DNA of 64,000 bases from Nymphaea colorata (GCF_008831285.2 NC_045138.2:11904001-11968000); one strand, 5' to 3'; positions 23,743-37,565 are shown, counted from the first letter of the stretch. Program-made: numbers and translations. Notes: generated by a model not told the origin, from the letters alone.

Positions 23743-24410
23743 TGGTATCAGAGCCAGCAGTGTGATCACTTCAGGCTGCCAGCGACTGGCAGATTTTCGG
23801 CGATCTCCTCTCCGGTGACTGTCAGGTTTCTAACCCCTAAACTCTCTCTTCCGAATCTCCCTCTCTCGTTCTTCCCCCTCTCTCGTCTCCCCATCTCCTT
23901 TCTGATCTCCTTCTTCTTCTTTCTTTTATTGCTCGTTGGAGGGTGGAATTTGATCACGCCTATGTGGAACGCGTGATCAGATCTACTAGTGGAACATGGT
24001 GTGGCTGCTGGAATCCTATCGTTGTTGCTGATCAGAGATTGCTTGTTGCTGTTTCTGGTTGTGGATAGCTGCTGTTGATCAGGGGATGGTTTGTTGACGT
24101 TGCTGATTGTGGAACAACAAGATGTGGACTTGCTGTTTGTGAGTTGAGGTTGGGAACAGAAAAAGCAGCGACAGTCTTCGTCTGTAAGTTTGTTTTTCAG
24201 CAGTAATTATTGGCAAAGTTTCCTATTGTTCAGGGATGTGAAGGAAGTGTGACTGCTACTTGCTTTGAATGCATGTTAACAACATCTAGACGTTAAAATC
24301 TGTGACTGGATTTTTCTGCCTGCACGTTCATTGTTTTTCCTAGCAGTCTACATTAAGTGTGCAAAGATTTTATATTAAGTCTGCAAAGATTCTTTTCTTT
24401 GAACTTCACT

Positions 24411-27400
24411 ATGGAGCAGAGGGATAGTATTGTTGATACACAAGGAGAATATAAAGTCTCTGGGAATCTTCTTTCATTTGGGTCTACCGTGAAGTTAGAT
24501 GGCTCAAATTATAAAATCTTGTGTCGCGTATTTATGATGTCTATTAAGGGGCACAGAAAGAAACATGTTATTGAGGAAGAAGAACCCCTAACTAAAACCG
24601 AAAAATATTCTACATGGGAGGAAGATAGCAATATTGTTATGTCATAGATTATGAATAGTGTGCAGGCACACATCACTCCTACGATTGCTTATTATACCTC
24701 TGCCAAGCATATGTGGGAATTTCTGAAGCAAACTTACTCCCACGATAAGAATATGAACAAAGTCTTGCAGGTTGAAGAAGAACTTCTTAAACTCCAACAA
24801 GGTGACTCAAATCTGGCCCAATACTTTGCATTAGTCAAATCAGCCTATGAGAGGCTCAAAGCCCTACATCCCCCGTGTCAATCATGTTACAAAACCCACT
24901 TTGAGCAGCACATGGTGGCAAAATTTTTAGCTGGGTTATCTCTTGATTTTGCAGTGGCCAAAGCCCAAATGTTGACTGGGGCTGAAATTTCAGACCTTGC
25001 TGAGGCCTATAATAGGCTAAGTCGTTTGGTGGTGACTCTATCTCCATCCTCAACTGATGCACCTTCTTCAACATTAGCTGTCTTAGGAGGTCGTGGGTAG
25101 TCCTTAGCCATCTCAGGAAGCCGAGGACAGAGCTTCAATAGAGGGAGAGGAGGTCGTAGTTCAGGAAGTGGACGTGGTAGATTTCAATGCACGTTCTGTG
25201 GAAGACTTGGTCATCTAGAAGATAGATGCTGGAATAAACAAGGTCGCCCAATGATCCGAGGCTCCGAGTCATCACAGAGCAAGAGCTCGTCTCATATCCC
25301 AAAAGCTTTACATGTTGAAGAGGACCATACAGAATCAAATGCAGAAAATGTCACTGTTAGTATGAGTAAATCAGAGTATGAACAATTTCTGGCTCAGAAA
25401 GCTTCATCTTCCTCCTTAGAAAGCTTCATCTTCCTCCTTGGCGTCTACAGTTGTGGGTGATTCTGTTTTTTCCACCACTATGCAGAACCGAGATCCAGGT
25501 ATGTCATGGATTATTGATTCTGGAGCCTCCAAGCACTTTTGCAGTAGACCAAACTTATTCACCGTGCTTCACCATTTTCCTCAACCTAGACAAGTGAAGC
25601 TTGCAGATGGGAGATTCTCTTCTATTATCGGTTGAGATAGGGTGAAAATTTCTGATTGTTTAACTGTGAATAACGTGTTGTTTGCTCCTGACTTTCCCAC
25701 TCATCTTCTCTCAGTTAAAGGGCTAACTCATGATTTGAACTATAGAGTCATTTTTGATCTTGGTTCGTGTTGGTTTCAGCACTTGCGGACTGGGAGGATG
25801 ATTGGTGGAGGCCATGAATGAAGGGGAGTCTATTTCCTGTTTGAGGCCATGGACATAGCTGCTACATCAGTTCCATCCAAACCTACCAGTCTTCAGTGGC
25901 ATCTCAGACTTGGGCATCCATTAGTGTCAAAACTTCGTTGCTTGTTTCCTCAGCTTTCCATGTCAGAGTAACTCCAGTGTGAAGCTTGTCAACTTGGGAA
26001 ACACACTAGGAGTAGTTTTCCTTCGAGTCTAAGTCCTTCGAGTCATAGTATGTTTGATTTACTTCATGTTGAAGTGTGGGGGCCTAGCCGTACTGCTAGC
26101 CGGTCTAAATTTTGGTATTATTTGGTCGTTGTTGATGATTTCTCTCGTGCTAGTTGGGTTTTTCTTTTGAAGGAACGTTCTGCAGCTATATGCCTTCAAA
26201 ATCTCATTATTGAAAGAAAGACTCAATTTGGAGTTTCTGTTAAGTCTGTTCACACTGACAATGCTCTTGAATTCAAATCGTCTAATCTTTTGCAATTTTA
26301 CTCAAAACATGGAATTGTTCCTCAATTCACCTGTCCACATACTTCGCAATAGAATGGTGTTGCAGAGCGAAAGCATCGACATTTGTTGGAAGTTGCTCGT
26401 ACTCTTATGGTACAGAGCCATGTACCATCTTACTTTTGGGGGGATGCGACCCTAACTGCTTGTTACCTCATTAATTGCCTACCATCCTCATCTATACTTA
26501 ACAAAATTTCAGTTCAAATGCTTTACCCGGATCGTCCATTGTTTCAAACTCCACCTCGTGTGTTTGGATGCACATGCTTCGTTCATATCCTTGGACCAAA
26601 GCGAGATAAACTTGCTGCCCAAGCCCAAAAATGTATATTCATTGGTTATCCGAAGAACCAGCGAGACTATAAATGCTTTGACCCTCTCACCCAAAAAGAG
26701 TATGTCAGTGCGGACGTCACATTCTTTGAGTCCCGTCCATATTTCCCACAACCATCAACCTCTTGCCCTGAGAGTCTCCCTCAATGCCCTTTGCCAATCC
26801 CACCTTTCCCACTTATGTCCCTTCCAAGTTCATCACCACCCCGAAGTCATTTTGTGGATCCTCCATTAGTCTACTCTTGCCGCTAGGGTCTCTCACATGG
26901 CTCTCCTCCATCATCCTCTCCTGAGGTAAGTGTACTTGATTCCTCACCTCCGGTTATCTCTGACTCGCAGGATCTTCCTATTGCCTTGCGGAAGGGTAAA
27001 CGTCAGTGCATCATTCATCCCATTTCACAGTTTGTGACGTCTGAATATGTAAGTGACAAGGTGCGACAATTCATTCATGCTCTGTCTACTTATACTACTC
27101 CGACATGTCATCAACAAGCATTACTAGACCCTAATTGGCGCCAGGCTATGGAAGAGGAAATACAAACTTTATAGGAACACCACACATGGGACCTTATTGC
27201 TCCTCCTTCTAGTTGTGATATTGCTGGATCCAAATGGGAATTCACTATCAAATACCATGCAGATGGCACCCTTGAATGCTATAAAGCTCGGCTGGTTGCA
27301 AAAGGGTATACTCAGACCTATGGTATTGATTTCTTTGACACGTTCTCACCAGTGGCTCGGCTAGGTACCATTCACCTCTTGATTTCTCTTGCAGTTCACT

Positions 27401-28628
27401 ATGATTGGCAGATGCATCAATTGGATGTCAAAAATGCATTTTTGTATGGCGATCTTGAGGAGACAGTTTATATGCAACAACCATCCGCCTTCGAGGTTCA
27501 GGGGGAGTGTGGGAAGGTGTGCAAATTGCGAAAGGCCATATATGGACTGAAACAAAGTCCCCATGCATAGTTTCATAAACTATCTGATATTGTCTCACAG
27601 AGTGGATTCCAGAGGTCACCTCTTGATCATTCAGTGTTTGTTAGGGAGAGTTGGGTATGGTTATCTTGGCAGTATATGTTGATGATATTATATTGACCGG
27701 CAACTATAAACAAGGTATATCTGAGACCAAAGAATTTCTTCAAAAGCACTTTGTCACAAAAGATCTTGGACACTTGAGGTATTTTCTTGGAATAGAAGTG
27801 GCTCGTGGTAAGGAAGGAATAGTTCTCTCTCAAAGAAAGTACATTTTAGACTTATTGCAAGAAACTGGAATGTTGGGGGCAAAACCTGCCACCATTCCCA
27901 TGAATCCACGATTGCACCTACATGATGAGCAGTCAGAACTTGTAGAGTCCAAGACGTATAGATCCTTAATTGGAAAGCTTCTTTATGTGACAGTTACAAG
28001 ACCAGATATTAGTTTTGCAGTGGGAAAGCTGAGTCAATTTATGGAGAAACCAAGGAAAATTCATTGGGAAGCTGCATTGATGATACTCAAATACTTAAAG
28101 TCTTCTCCTGGTAAAGGACTACTATTCAAGAAAGGGAAAACCTTAGATGTCCAAGCATATAGTGATGCAGACTATGCAAGATCTGTTGAAGATAGAAAAT
28201 CTACTACTGGATTTTGTATTTTTGTAGGAGGGAATCTTATATCCTGGAGGAGCAAGAAACAGAATGTGGTCTCACGGTCTAGTGCTGAGTCAGAATATAG
28301 GGACATGGCCCAAACGACAGCAGAATTAACATGGGTTAAATCCATGCTTGAAAGCCTTGACATTCCAGTTCAACTACCTATGACAATGTTTTGTGATAAT
28401 AGGGCTGCCACCTATATTGCAAATAACCCAGTCTTTCACGAAAGAACTAAACACATTGAAGTTGATTGTCATTACATTCATGATTTAGTTCAAGGTGGAG
28501 TGATTTCTACAACTCACGTGGTCTCTGAAGAACAAACTGCTGATATCTTTACTAAGGCTCTTGCAATTAGGGAATTTTCAAAGTGTTGTAACAAGCTGAG
28601 CATGGTAGATATCTATGCTTTAGCTTGA
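24411..28628 (+). pseudogene. Copia gag-pol, all domains present but broken by stops and frameshifts
   Basis: VKLDGSNY, CTFCGRLGHLEDRC, WIIDSGAS, WHLRLGHP, HVEVWGP/VDDFSR/TDNALEF/NGVAERKHR (integrase), [34 protein letters not shown]. Confidence 0.95.
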
Positions 28629-28635
28629 GGGGGAG

Positions 28636-28818
28636 TGTTGAAGTTGAGGTAGTTTTTAGAATATTAAAGAACTTGACAGTTCTTTAATTATTTTCAATAA
28701 CATTTCGTTTACATTGTAATTTTGTTTTTATCCTAATTCTCCCTTAAGTAAGGGTTAGGGTAAGTGATCAATAACAAGTTGGACGTGTTTTCTTCTCTCT
28801 CTTTCTCTCACGAAAACA
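28636..28818 (+). repeat. 3' LTR of copia element 3
   Basis: Direct repeat of 23560-23742. Confidence 0.96.
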
Positions 28819-30449
28819 CAGGCAACCTAGCACCTAGGCATGTTTTACCTCTCTCATTATAGTCGATTCCCATGCTTGCATTTGCCACAATCATGCTACC
28901 ATTATCCACAATAGCCTGCACTAGGGTTGGATCAGCTTCTGCTACATTTCAAAGTGCACGCGTAGGCTGCACTCGCTGTGGAGTGTTTCACCATTACTCC
29001 ACGATGTTGGGTTGTAATGTAAATAAAATAGTACATGATGGAAAAGTAAAATGGCACACCCTATTGCAAATAACCTTTGCACATGAAAATATTAAACATA
29101 AAACCTTATGTGGTTCTATAGCCTTATTTTGCTGCAACCAAGCAGGATAAGAAAACAAAGAAAAGTCTATGGTGGAGCAAATGAAATAGAGTTTTCTTCA
29201 AATTTCTTGCTCTTGGCATAATTGTGCTAGAACAAGAAATGTTGCATCAGAAAACAATTTACTTGTTCTTAGAATCTCATTACACTTAGAGGGTCTCTGG
29301 TTCCTGTTCCAAGTGCAGCATGAACAGAAACATCTTGTTCTAATGCTCTTGGAACTAGGTGCATTTGTTCCTCTTGGAACAAATGCTTGTTTTTCAACAA
29401 TCAACATCAGAAGTTGGACTAAGGCCTGCCAAACCCTAAAAAGACTAGTCGGTGCTAGTCGGTTTGAATTGGTCCAAGTCAGATTACTAATTATATTAAT
29501 AATTATAGATATTGGAGGCCTATGTAAGCCTAAATTGCGAGATTTTGTGATTGGTTTGTGGATATGCTTCATGATCAAGCATTCAGCTTAAGTCATAGAA
29601 GACATAATATCGACATTTAGAAGTTGTCAGGGGAAACGAAGAGCACAAAAGTTTTCCATTTGAAATTTTAGAAGTCAAAGGGCAATGTAGGATGCAACCT
29701 CAAGTAGAAACAAAGCATCTGTTTCTTTATAGGTGCTCCAAAGGTGATGCACCTCTTTATAGAGTTTCTTTCACAGGTGCAATAGTAACTCTTGATTCAA
29801 GTGTTACTCTCATTTTTAGTTATAGCTAGAAGTTTCATGGATACAAGTTCCTTTATTTAATTTGAAAATTTATCTTTTATTTATGAAAATTTATCTTTTA
29901 TTTACTCTTAATTGTATGATGCTTCTATTACATGTTTCATAGTTTAACTAAGAATTTGCATATTCAACTATTGTCTGATGCATTCTCTTCCTTGGTATTC
30001 GTACGTCTGGCTTGAATTTTCTTTTTCATTTTCTCATGGAAATTTTGTTGATTTCATTTGATGGTATTCTATTTGTAGGAAACACATTATGATTGGGAGC
30101 TTTTGCAATAAAAGGATCTTGTTTCAAAGAAAATTTATACTGCTATAGTTCATAGATGATCAGAAATAGTTAATTATGCTGAAACATTAGAAGATACCGA
30201 AGGTGCTGTTGCAACAAATCCTCGTTCACCTTTGGTTGCTTCCTCTAGATGAATGAGAGAGATGGTATCTCAAGTAAGGTGAAGATTGGTTTACATTTGT
30301 AGCATGTTGGTGTTAAACTTATGTAATAAATTTCAATTATGTGAAGATATTGGTTGGTTAATATAAATTATTTTATTAATACTCTCTCTCTCCTCCCCCT
30401 CCATGCAGACGGTAATGCGTCGGGCCACATTAGTGGCTGGTTTCAAACA

Positions 30450-30737
30450 TAGCTATTTTTGGCAATGGCTACTTTTGTTTGCTAATAAAATATACAACCG
30501 TGCTAAAAAATCTTTTGGCAACAGCCACTCTTGTTGCCAATAAAGTTGTACTTGTGCCCAAAAATTTTTGGCAATGGCTCAGCCCCTGCCCAACGATTTT
30601 TAGGCACAAGACCTATGACAAGGGTTGCCCTTAGCAATTGCTAGTGTATAGGCCATTGCCAAAAATTTTTTTGGCAACGGACTATTAAGTTATTGGCCAC
30701 GTCAACAGCCTAGTCAATAACCATGTTTGTTGTAGTG
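30450..30737. mobile_element. Right terminus of a CACTA (En/Spm) transposon
   Basis: Ends TGTTGTAGTG (reverse complement CACTACAACA), preceded by at least 7 direct/inverted TTTTGGCAA(C/T)GG / GTTGCCAA subterminal repeats. The left terminus was not found. Confidence 0.85.
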
Positions 30738-33700
30738 TATCTTGGGTGGGTGGGCCAAAGTTGTTCATCTATTCGTAAGCAGACGATCCAAGACTCGATA
30801 TGTGAATGGCGATATCATACCACAATAGAAGACTGATCCTATGTTCAGAGAATGGGAGTCAGAAAACAATCTGGTAATGTCTTGGCTTATGAACTCCATG
30901 GCATATCATATTTACATTACTTTCTTAAATCCTGAAACTGCAAAGTATAATTGGGACACTTTGAAAGAGTTTTAAAGTGAGGAAAATTAGTTGGCTCGTG
31001 TGTACCAAACTGCCAACATTGAAGGAAATGTTGACAATCCCATTCATGAATATTTAAGCCATTAGCCTAACATGTGGGATGAGGTGTTGCAATATCGTCC
31101 ATTGACTTCAGATCCTAACATTTACGAGCAACATATTGAAGAGGATAATTCAGACTTCTTGCAGGCTTGGGGAATGATTATGAGAACTTCCATAGTCAAC
31201 TTCTTAGGTAATCTCTCTTCCAAGCTTTAACACTGTTTGCCAAGCTATACAACACAAAGTGGCTCAACATCGAGTTATGAACCCAAAGAAATTTGAACTT
31301 AAAGAAGAAAATCAAGAGAAGATGACCTACATTTTCCAGACGAAACCAGATGAAGGGAGCAGACATTATAAAAAAAAATCAGATCAAACCTCATTATACA
31401 CATTGCAAGAAAACCAGGCATACACCCGAGAGGTGTTGGGATCTGATTGGTCAACCTTCAAAAGAGAATAATATGTCACACAAATCAGATGATATGGCTA
31501 ACTTTGAAACCGAAGCAGACCTAGAAACATTGTTTCAACAATTTCCCACAACTAATTTAGTCTCTACTCAGCCTGTCCACAATACCACAGAAGGTAACTC
31601 TCATGTTTTGCTTACTCATGGTGATAAATATGCTCGGATCATTGATTCAGGAACCACCAATCACATGACCAGTGACTCATCTACATTGAATGATTTAGTT
31701 AAAACCCCAAAAACCTGTTTTTTCTATCAATGAAGCTCCCATAGCTGTTGAAAGTACTGGTGTGATTAAATGCTTTGATTCAAAAGAAACATCTAACTTT
31801 CTATATGTGCCAAAACTCACAAATGCTTGGCTGTTTTTTTTCCAGAGAATGTGATTTGCAGGACCTACAGACGAGGAAGGAGATTGATAGGGACATGAGT
31901 GCAACGTGTTGTATGCTATATTTTATGGACCACAATAGTGCTGGTTTACTTGCATATTTCAAAGATGTCAAAGTCGCTAACTATTAGAGGTGGCATTCTC
32001 ATCTCGGGCACATTTCAAATAGTCCTTAAAGATGTTGGTCCCGAACATCACTCCAGAAGAGCAATCATGTGATTCTTGTAAATTTTCTAAATCAACCAGG
32101 TTACCATTTAAAAGTGTTAGAAAATGGTCTAGTGAGTTGTTTGAAGTTGTTCATTCTGATGTTTGGGGTCTGGCCCCTATGAAGCCTTATTCTAGCTTCT
32201 GGTACTATGTTACATCCATTGATGATAAATTTAAAGTGACATGGCTATTTTTTTTTATAAAAACTGAAAGTGATGTTGCAAAAATCTTTGAAGAAATTTA
32301 TGATTTGGTGAATGCTCAATATGGTGTGAAAATAAAAAAGCTTTTAGACAATGGTAGGGAATATGTTAACCACACCATTGGATAATTTATGAAAAAGAAA
32401 GGGGCACAACCCCTAAGCACTTGCGCAGGAACTCCACAACAAAATGGATTGGATGAATGTAAAAATCAGCAATTATTGAACATTGCCAGATCTCTCATGA
32501 TTCACATGAATGTTCCTCAAAAATTTTGGATGGATGCCATTGATACTGCTTTGTATATAGCTAATAGAAGACAAAGTTCAAGTTGATGGAGAAGTGCCTT
32601 TTCAAAGTTTACTTTTAAAAATGTTGTCAATTCAACATTTGAAAGTCTTTGGATGCGAATGTTTTGCCTATTTACAAACTAATTTTTGAAATAAGTTTGA
32701 AAAACAGACACTAAAATGCATATTTCTCAGGTACTCTAGTATAAATGAAGGGTATAAATGCTACGAGCCACACATGAATAAATTTCTTGTTACCCCGTGA
32801 TGTGATTTTTTTTTTTAGTAGAAACTTTTCTTTGATCCACCAAATCAAGGGGAGATGAACTCTGCATTGACTAAAGAGGTTAGCATTAGCTTCCTCTTGT
32901 AAGTTTGCTTGACAATGTGTTTCCTAAGTCCTTCCAACCAGCCTAAGTATGTTTAAACTGAAGCCCAAACTAGCACGAAAACCATTGAACCGAATGAACC
33001 TCAACTCACCATAGCTGAAGAATCCCAACCTACTATTGTTGAACCTACAATTGAGTCCCAAATCCAACCCATTAGAACAATCACTCGCCCTACTAGACCT
33101 CCATCTAGGTTAAGTGATTTCTACACATGTTTGTTTACCTACAATATTCATTCTATAGGCAAATACATAACCTTTGAAAATCTATCAAACTTCTACAGAA
33201 ACTTTGTTCTAAACACCTACTTGAACCAAGAGCCCAAAACTTTGGAAGAAGCTAATAAACACCAACGTTGGAAGGATAATATGTAGGAAGAAGTTTCTGA
33301 TCTTGAAAGAAACCATACTTGGGACTTGGTGCTACTTCCGAAAGGAAAAAAAGTCGTGGGATGCAAGTGGTTATACAAAATAAAATATTGGAGTGAGGAA
33401 CCATTGAGAGATTTGAAGCCCCAACTGGTTGTAAAAGGATTCACGCAAACGAAAGGAGTTGATTATAATGAGACATTTGCTCTCGTTGCAAATGTGAGTT
33501 CTGTTTGCACCCTTATCTTTATGGCATCAAAACAAAAATTGGGAACAGATGCAATTAGATGTTAAGAATGCCTTCCTTGATGGCAAGCTAAATGAAGATG
33601 TATATATGGATTCTCCAAGAGGCATAAGAAATGGAAGAGAGCATTGTAGGTTACAAGAGGCATTGTTTGGCTTAAAGCAGTCACCACTTACATGGTTTGC

Positions 33701-36700
33701 AAAGATGAATGATGCACTTGTGAAAATTGGGTTCAAAAAAAGCTCAACTGATTACACCATGTTCACCCACACGTAGGGCTCAAAATTGTCTATTCTCATT
33801 GTCTATGTCGATGACATCATCATGATGGGTGATGAAAGTGAATTTATTCTTCTTGTAAAGGAATATTTGAACAAACAGTCTGAGATAAAGGACTTGGGAA
33901 GGTTCAAGTACTTCTTAGGCACGAGGTTGCCCACTCAAACAAAGACATCTTAGCCACAACAACTCAGAAACTTCCATGGCCACAACTCTATATTCAGCCT
34001 CAGCATTAGAGCGAGAGCAAACATCCTGTCTCTTACTCCTCCACACTACGAGTTTCCCTCCCAAGAAAATACAATAGCCTGGGGTGGATCTCCTAGTACC
34101 AACACATCCTGCCGAGTCAACATTTGAATAACCTTCAATGTCAAGAGAGTCTTGCTTAACGTACAAGAGACCCTTACCAAGACTCCTCTTCAAATAACAT
34201 AAAATCCTATTGACCTGACTTGACAGCCTTCAAGTGAGTATCCGTGGGTGCATGCATGAACTAACTCATTACATTCACAGCAAAGGTAATATCAGGTCTA
34301 ATGAGAGTAAGATAAATCAGCAACCTAGCAAGTTGTTGATATCTTCTCTTGGCTTCTTCATAGATAGGCTCCCCATCTCTAAGACTAAGTTTGTGTTCAG
34401 TATCTAGAGGAGTATCTAGAGGAGTAGAAGCATGTCTACACCCAAGTTTCGCAGTCTCCTTTAATAAATCTAGAGTGTACTTCCATGGGCTTAACACAAG
34501 ACTTGTGCCTGACCTAGCAATTTCAATTGCAAGGAAATATTTCAACTTGCCAAGGTCCTTCAGGTCGAACCCGATAGCCAACAGTTCCTTTAACTTTGTT
34601 ATTTCATCTTCATCAATACCTGTGACAATCATATCATCAACATATATGAACAGAAAAGTAACTTTATGTTCCTTTCTATTTACAAAGAGAGTATGATCTT
34701 CATTCTCTTGATGATATCTATGCTATCTCATTACAAGTTTAAGTCGTTCAAACCATGCCCGGAGAGATTGCTTGAGCTCATACAAAGCTTTCTTCAACAT
34801 GCAGCATTTTCCAAGTTCCTCATATCTTGGAGGCATTCACATATACACTTGCTTTCTGAGGTCTTCATTAAGAAATGTGTTCTTAACATTAAGTTGGTAC
34901 ATCTTCCACTCCTTTATTACTGCTAAGGACATGATAACTTTGACTATCTTCTTCTTTGCAATATGAGCAAATGTTCCTAAGTAGTCAATCCTATATTTCT
35001 GACTGAACCCCTTGGCAGCCAAGCGAGCTCTATATCTGTCTACACTCCCATCTGACTTATATTTAATGGTATACACCCACTTGGATCCTACCAGATGAGT
35101 CGCTTCAGGATATTTACCACCTTTCACATTCTATTTTTATTCAGTGCATCCATTTTGTCTTACATCACATGAAACCACTTGGAATTGCTCTTAGCCTCAA
35201 TTACAGTCATGAGAATCATAACTATAGAAAGTGATGATATAAAACATTTGTAGCTCTTGCTCAGTTTAGAATATGATATGAAATTACCAATAGGGTGTTG
35301 AGGACATGACCTCATACCCTTTCTAAAAGAATATGGTAACTCTTCATTTCCAGCTTCTGAGTAGTGAGTACCTTCGATTGACATCCCCTGAGCACGACTT
35401 GGGTCATCCAAGGAAGGTGTAGCATTAAAGATTGAGTTTAGAATTTTTGTCACCAGTCAAATCACCAGTGAGCTCTGTTGTAGTCAATCTTCTCCTGGAG
35501 TGAACTTGCTCAAACAAGTGATCACGTTCCTCCTCATTCCCAATTGAGCAACCATCATCCATGTTGTGCTCTAGAAGGTCTGTAAACTGAATCTCTTCTT
35601 TTTTGTACTTTAGAAAATCTGTAAACTGAATCTCTTGATTTGAAGAATATTCTTTTCTTGTTGTGGACCTTTCCTCTTGAAGAGTATTCTCATCAAAATA
35701 GGAAATATGTTGTAGGAAGGTGACATCTTTGGTAACATAGACATGACCAGTGGAAGGGTCTTGATACTTATTTTTTGAGTAGGAGAATAACCGAGAAATG
35801 CACCCTTAATAGACCTCAGATCAATTTTTTTAATATTAGGACTATGATTGTGAATAAAATAGACACAACCAAAAACCCGAGGTGGAAGAGAAAAAGGTTG
35901 ACGACCCATTGCTAACATAGAATGAGGCGTTTGCCCGTTCAACATATGAGTAGGCATACAATTAATCAAGTATGCATTGGTGAGCACAACATCTCCCCAA
36001 TACTTTTTTGGAAAATGTCATTGAAACAAGAGGGCCCTAGTGACATTTAGCAACTGACGATTCTTTCGTTTAGCAACCCCCTTTGCCGAAAGAAACTATT
36101 TCACGTGCATTATCAGAATAAAAGGTCTTAATAGAAATTCCAAACCGAGTTTCCACAAGAATGGTGAAAGTCTCTATGACATTAGGCACTTTATTACGGT
36201 CCTTCAACAAGTAACACCTTTAGAGCTCACTTGCAAGTTGAGACATGATGAAAGAAAAATTGTTGAGAATGCACAAAGCTATCAAAAACTAGTTAGCAAG
36301 CTTGTCTACTTGACAATTACTAGGTCTAACATAAAATACATCGTTAACCAAGTGAGCCAATTAATGCACAAACCTCCATCATCGCATGTCGAGGCTGCCC
36401 ATAGAATCCTGAGGTAACTGAAGGGAGCCCTTGGCAAGAGAATCTTAATGAAGCAAAATTAATCTTTTGAATTCCATGGGTATGCCGATGCTAACTAGGC
36501 TAGCAACCCTAATGATAGATGATCTACATCTGGGTATTGCACATTTGTTGGAGGAAATCTAGTGACATGGAAGAACAAAAAATAGACCATGGTTTTTCGA
36601 TCTAGTGCAAAGACAAAGTTCCATGCTATGTGTGAGCTGGTTTGGTCAAAGGCCTCGTTGAACGATGCGAATTGATGTCAATGAACTAATGAAGTTAATG

Positions 36701-37280
36701 TGTGACAATAGGCCACCTATACACATTGGTGCTAACCCGTTTTTTCATGAGCACACCAAACATATAGAGGTTGATTGTCATTTTGTGAGAGAGAAAAATG
36801 CAAGATGGTACCATTGAAACCCCTTATGTCAAAAATGAAAATCAACTGGCCGACATTCTCACTAAGGCTCTTGGGAGAGACACCCATAGATACATTACTT
36901 GCAAGTTGGAACGAATTGATCTCTGTGCACGAGATTGTTACGATATTTTTGGAGGAAATCAATCTCACCAGCTGGTAGATATGGAAGGTAAATAGATGAT
37001 GCGTAAATGTTTGAGACAAGATTTTATTGTTGGTTTGCTAATCCTTATCTTTCCTTGGATATGGATTACGTTTCCTTTGAAGTTGTGCCTTCCCATTTTG
37101 TGAAAAGATGTTTTCTTGTTCCTCCTCTAATGTACGTTTGCTACAGAGTTATAATGGTGGGCAATTAATCAAACAGAGGTTCTTTTCCTCCCGTGGATGT
37201 AGGCAAACATGTAGAACCATGTAAAGCAAGTGTTCTATTGTGTGTTGGCTTCCAAGTTCTCAAACTCATGCTTTTTAACA
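30738..37280 (+). mobile_element. Degenerate Ty1/copia element lacking its 5' LTR, interrupted by an inverted fragment
   Basis: Gag starts abruptly at the CACTA end (YLG..WESENNLVMSWLMNSM); IIDSGTTNHMT, VHSDVWG, TPQQNG, QLDVKNAFL, YVDD; RT/RNase H resumes at ~36214 ([17 protein letters not shown]); putative 3' LTR TGTTA..TAACA at 36936-37280. Confidence 0.85.
33948..36213 (-). mobile_element. Inverted internal fragment (integrase-RT-RNase H) of another copia element
   Basis: Minus-strand YLLKDR, PRVFGC, RYRARLAAKGFSQ, YVDDMIV, KDLGKLKYFL, RRSTPGYC..WRSKRQ; no LTRs or TSD. Confidence 0.9.
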
Positions 37281-37565
37281 GTTTCTATTGATGCGGAACA
37301 TAACATCAATGCAGTAAATGTCAATGATGCATTCACATAGGCGAAATGTGCAATTCCAGTGAAGGTCGACTTTTATCGATGTGAAATACAAAATGTCACT
37401 GACAATTGTTTTTTATGTCTTGTGCTCATAGTGTGGATCTCGTGTGCTAAAATTTTGATAGTTTCATTGATATGTCTCTTTGCTCATTAAAAATTGCCTT
37501 TCATTGACGCAACTTTTCGCGTCATAGGACATTGTCACCGCCATAGACTTATCTGGTGAATATTG
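37281..37565. repeat. CACTGAC/CATTGAC-type subterminal-like repeats (possible CACTA end)
   Basis: Same motif class as 390-880 and 56540-56850; the terminal TIR is not recognisable. Confidence 0.35.

Larger units (their letters stand above)
23560..28818 (+). mobile_element. Full-length Ty1/copia element (Ale/Retrofit-like), youngest LTR element in the window
   Basis: 183 bp LTRs (23560-23742, 28636-28818) with about 6 differences; perfect PBS TGGTATCAGAGCC at 23743; PPT GAGGGGGAG; TSD CAGGT/CAGGC. Confidence 0.97.

Noticed and set aside
29285..29440. Possible Tourist-like MITE with TTGTTC/GAACAA repeats
   Set aside because: TIR match is poor and there is no convincing TSD.
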